Origin: Segetibacter sp.
GTDB lineage: Bacteria > Bacteroidota > Bacteroidia > Chitinophagales > Chitinophagaceae
NCBI GenBank assembly: GCA_043736115.1
Contig: JAYTDC010000068.1
Coordinates: 409 to 64,408, forward strand
Length of the DNA stretch: 64,000 bases
Reading direction: 5' to 3'
Shown here one piece after another: positions 61,608 to 64,000 of this stretch; within the stretch, counting starts at the first letter, position 1, and each line of letters opens with the position of its first letter. A program made the translations under genes and the position numbers. The notes below the pieces were generated by a model. That model did not search any database. It was not told where the DNA came from and saw nothing but the letters and a program-made list of their open reading frames with translations.

Positions 61608-64000
61608 CTAGCTACAACCCATACTGTTACCACAATTGAGGCACTTGTAACAAGTGCCGCTTCTTAGGGTTATGTGTCCGCAAACATTACAGGCGGGTGC
61701 ATCGCTTTGCATATTTTTGGCAGCAGCATTAACAGCATCTATACCCGCATCCATTTTTACAGCATGCATAGTTCTAACCTTTTGAGGTTGAACTACAGTA
61801 GGTGTAGATGGAGTAACCCGAACACTGCTTAACTCATTTTTTTCTGTTTTAACATCGTCTGTGTCATCACCTAGATTACCTACTTCAGGCTTGTCTAATA
61901 CATGAACCAAATCAGTACGGCCCATGTATTCGTAAGCAAGGCAACGGAAAATGAAATCTACAATAGATGATGTCATTTTAATGTTCGGATGATCTACCAT
62001 ACCGGCAGGTTCAAACTTGGTGAATACAAATTTCTCTACAAATTCTTCTAACGGTACACCGTACTGTAAGCCTACAGAAACTGCAATGGCAAAACAGTTC
62101 ATTAGACTGCGTAGTGTGGAACCTTCTTTGGCAAGGTCTATGAATATTTCTCCGAGGGTATTGTCGTTGTACTCACCGGTACGTAAGAAAATAACCTGAC
62201 CGCCAATCTTGGCTTTTTGCGTAAACCCAAGACGTTTTGCAGGCAAAGATTTTCTTTGTACAATATTACTTAGTTTACGCTTCAATACAGTATCCGGAGA
62301 ATCCTGCATACGCTTGGTTACTTCTTCCAATAACTCTTCTACTGTAAGTTTACTTAGGTCAACAATATTTGTTTCGTTTGTTATTGTTTGATTTTCTGTA
62401 GCAACTACACCTTCCTCTCCTACAGTTTCATCCGTTTTCTTTTTCTTATCGCTTTTGTTGCTAAGTGGTTGAGACAACTTAGAACCATCTCTGTACAAGG
62501 CATTAGATTTTAAACCAAGCTGCCAGCTAAGTAAATAACAATCTGCTATTTCTTCTACAGTAGCTTCGTTGGGCAGATTAATGGTTTTGGAGATTGCACC
62601 GCTGATAAATGGTTGCGTAGCACCCATCATACGTATGTGTCCATGTGGATGTATAAAACGTTGTCCTTTTTTACCACATTTATTTGCACAATCAAAAACT
62701 GATAAGTGCTCCGCTTTCAACAATGGCGCACCTTCTACGGTCATAGTGCCACAAATAAAATCGTTTGCTTTATCTATTTGTTCATCGGCGAAACCTAATT
62801 CTTCCAACAGGTTAAAATTCCAGTCGCTGTATTGTTCTTGTGAAAAACCAAGCCTTTCCAAACATGCATCACCAAGCGTAAATCGATTAAATACGAAACC
62901 TATTTCAAATGCAGACTTTACTGCATCGCTTAGTTTTTTTATTTCATCAGCAATAAATCCTTTCTCACTAAGTGTTTGTGGATTTATGAAAGGAGCACCG
63001 TCAAAAGTACCCGAACCAACTGCATACTTAACAATTGCATCAGCTTCTTTCTCACTATAACCCAGATTTTTTAACGCTAAAGGAACTGATTGGTTTATAA
63101 TTTTGAAATATCCACCACCGCTTAACTTCTTAAACTTAACCAATGCAAAATCAGGTTCAACACCTGTTGTATCACAATCCATTACAAGTCCAATAGTACC
63201 CGTTGGAGCTATAACTGTAGTTTGTGCATTGCGATAGCCATATTTTTCGCCCATTTCCACTGCTTCATCCCATGCTTTGCAGGCAGCGGTCAGCATATAA
63301 TCCGGACAGAATTTTGCTTTAATACCTTGTGGTTTTATGCTTAATTTCTCGTAGCTGTCTGCATCATATGCAGCTAACCTGTGGTTGCGCATTACACGCA
63401 TCATGTCTTCTTTGTTTTCAGGATATTTGCTAAAAGTACCCAGGAACTTGGCCATTTCAGCACTTGTTCTGTATGCAACACCGGTCATAATTGCTGATAT
63501 TGCACCTGCTATTCCCAACGCCTCTTCGCTGTCATAAGCTATACCACTAACCATTAATACGCTACCAAGGTTTGCAAAGCCTAGCCCCAATGTTCTATAG
63601 TCATAGCTTAGTTGTGCTACCTCTTTGCTCGGGAACTGTGCCATCAATACAGAGATTTCCAACACCACAGTCCATAGACGGCAGGTGTACTCAAATCCTT
63701 CAACATCAAGCTTTCCTGTTACATCATCGTAAAATTTACGAAGGTTTACAGAAGCAAGGTTACAAGCTGTATTGTCAAGGAACATATATTCAGAACAAGG
63801 GTTAGAAGCCCTTATTTCACCACCTTTGGGGCAAGTATGCCACTCGTTGATGGTAGTGTTATATTGCGTTCCCGGATCAGCACATCTCCATGCTGCATAA
63901 TTTATTTTATTCCACAATTCCTTTGAAGGAATTCTTTTCATTACCCTGCCATCAGTTCTTGCTTTTAATTCCCAATCTTCACCTTTGGCCAGTTTTTCAA
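61608..64000 (-). CDS. nrdJ: Class II (B12-dependent) ribonucleotide reductase, 5' truncated by window edge
   Basis: SNPCSEY, CNLASVNL, LGLG..NLG, VIAPTGTIG, GAISKTIN, YRDGSK, TSCPD-type C-terminus ending CNVC...CLNCG...GCS; frame open to the window end. Confidence 0.95.
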   Translation of the reverse strand, partial: EKLAKGEDWELKARTDGRVMKRIPSKELWNKINYAAWRCADPGTQYNTTINEWHTCPKGGEIRASNPCSEYMFLDNTACNLASVNLRKFYDDVTGKLDVEGFEYTCRLWTVVLEISVLMAQFPSKEVAQLSYDYRTLGLGFANLGSVLMVSGIAYDSEEALGIAGAISAIMTGVAYRTSAEMAKFLGTFSKYPENKEDMMRVMRNHRLAAYDADSYEKLSIKPQGIKAKFCPDYMLTAACKAWDEAVEMGEKYGYRNAQTTVIAPTGTIGLVMDCDTTGVEPDFALVKFKKLSGGGYFKIINQSVPLALKNLGYSEKEADAIVKYAVGSGTFDGAPFINPQTLSEKGFIADEIKKLSDAVKSAFEIGFVFNRFTLGDACLERLGFSQEQYSDWNFNLLEELGFADEQIDKANDFICGTMTVEGAPLLKAEHLSVFDCANKCGKKGQRFIHPHGHIRMMGATQPFISGAISKTINLPNEATVEEIADCYLLSWQLGLKSNALYRDGSKLSQPLSNKSDKKKKTDETVGEEGVVATENQTITNETNIVDLSKLTVEELLEEVTKRMQDSPDTVLKRKLSNIVQRKSLPAKRLGFTQKAKIGGQVIFLRTGEYNDNTLGEIFIDLAKEGSTLRSLMNCFAIAVSVGLQYGVPLEEFVEKFVFTKFEPAGMVDHPNIKMTSSIVDFIFRCLAYEYMGRTDLVHVLDKPEVGNLGDDTDDVKTEKNELSSVRVTPSTPTVVQPQKVRTMHAVKMDAGIDAVNAAAKNMQSDAPACNVCGHITLRSGTCYKCLNCGNSMGCS

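Noticed and set aside
61608-64000. Intein or intron in nrdJ
   Set aside because: Sequence is continuous through NPCSE and APTGT, with no splicing or endonuclease motifs in the visible part.
1-64000. tRNA, rRNA, integrase, transposase or prophage genes
   Set aside because: No T-loop/cloverleaf patterns, rRNA-like tracts or mobile-element protein motifs were recognised.

Overview
AT-rich Bacteroidota chromosomal segment, probably Chitinophagaceae-like (inferred from the T9SS genes, the ruvA-sprA synteny and TAnnTTTG promoter boxes). Housekeeping genes include an FKBP PPIase, DHH phosphoesterase, ndk, tilS, glnS, scpA, ruvA, fabH and a partial class II nrdJ. The window also has the T9SS translocon sprA, a TetR-TolC-MFP-RND efflux operon, two ECF sigma factors and a GT87/GT2/deacetylase surface-modification operon. 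Eight genes encode predicted T9SS cargo. Six of them, in two tandem clusters (3-7802 and 31155-40216), share a C-terminal SprB-repeat stalk plus CTD. Their N-termini differ: polysaccharide-lyase-like, cadherin plus FBXL4/pappalysin-like, Kelch propeller (two genes) or no head; the head of the first gene lies outside the window. Three of these heads are inserted at the same loop of an Ig-like host domain, and the stalk DNA shows patchwork identity between paralogs. A second unusual spot lies downstream of ndk: 180-nt-spaced repeats with a covarying hairpin, a 36-aa membrane peptide ORF and an atypical DUF2779 nuclease with a VNTR. A nested REP-like palindrome element sits between scpA and sprA. 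I saw no tRNA, rRNA, CRISPR array, integrase or transposase. All family assignments come from motif recognition by eye, not database searches.
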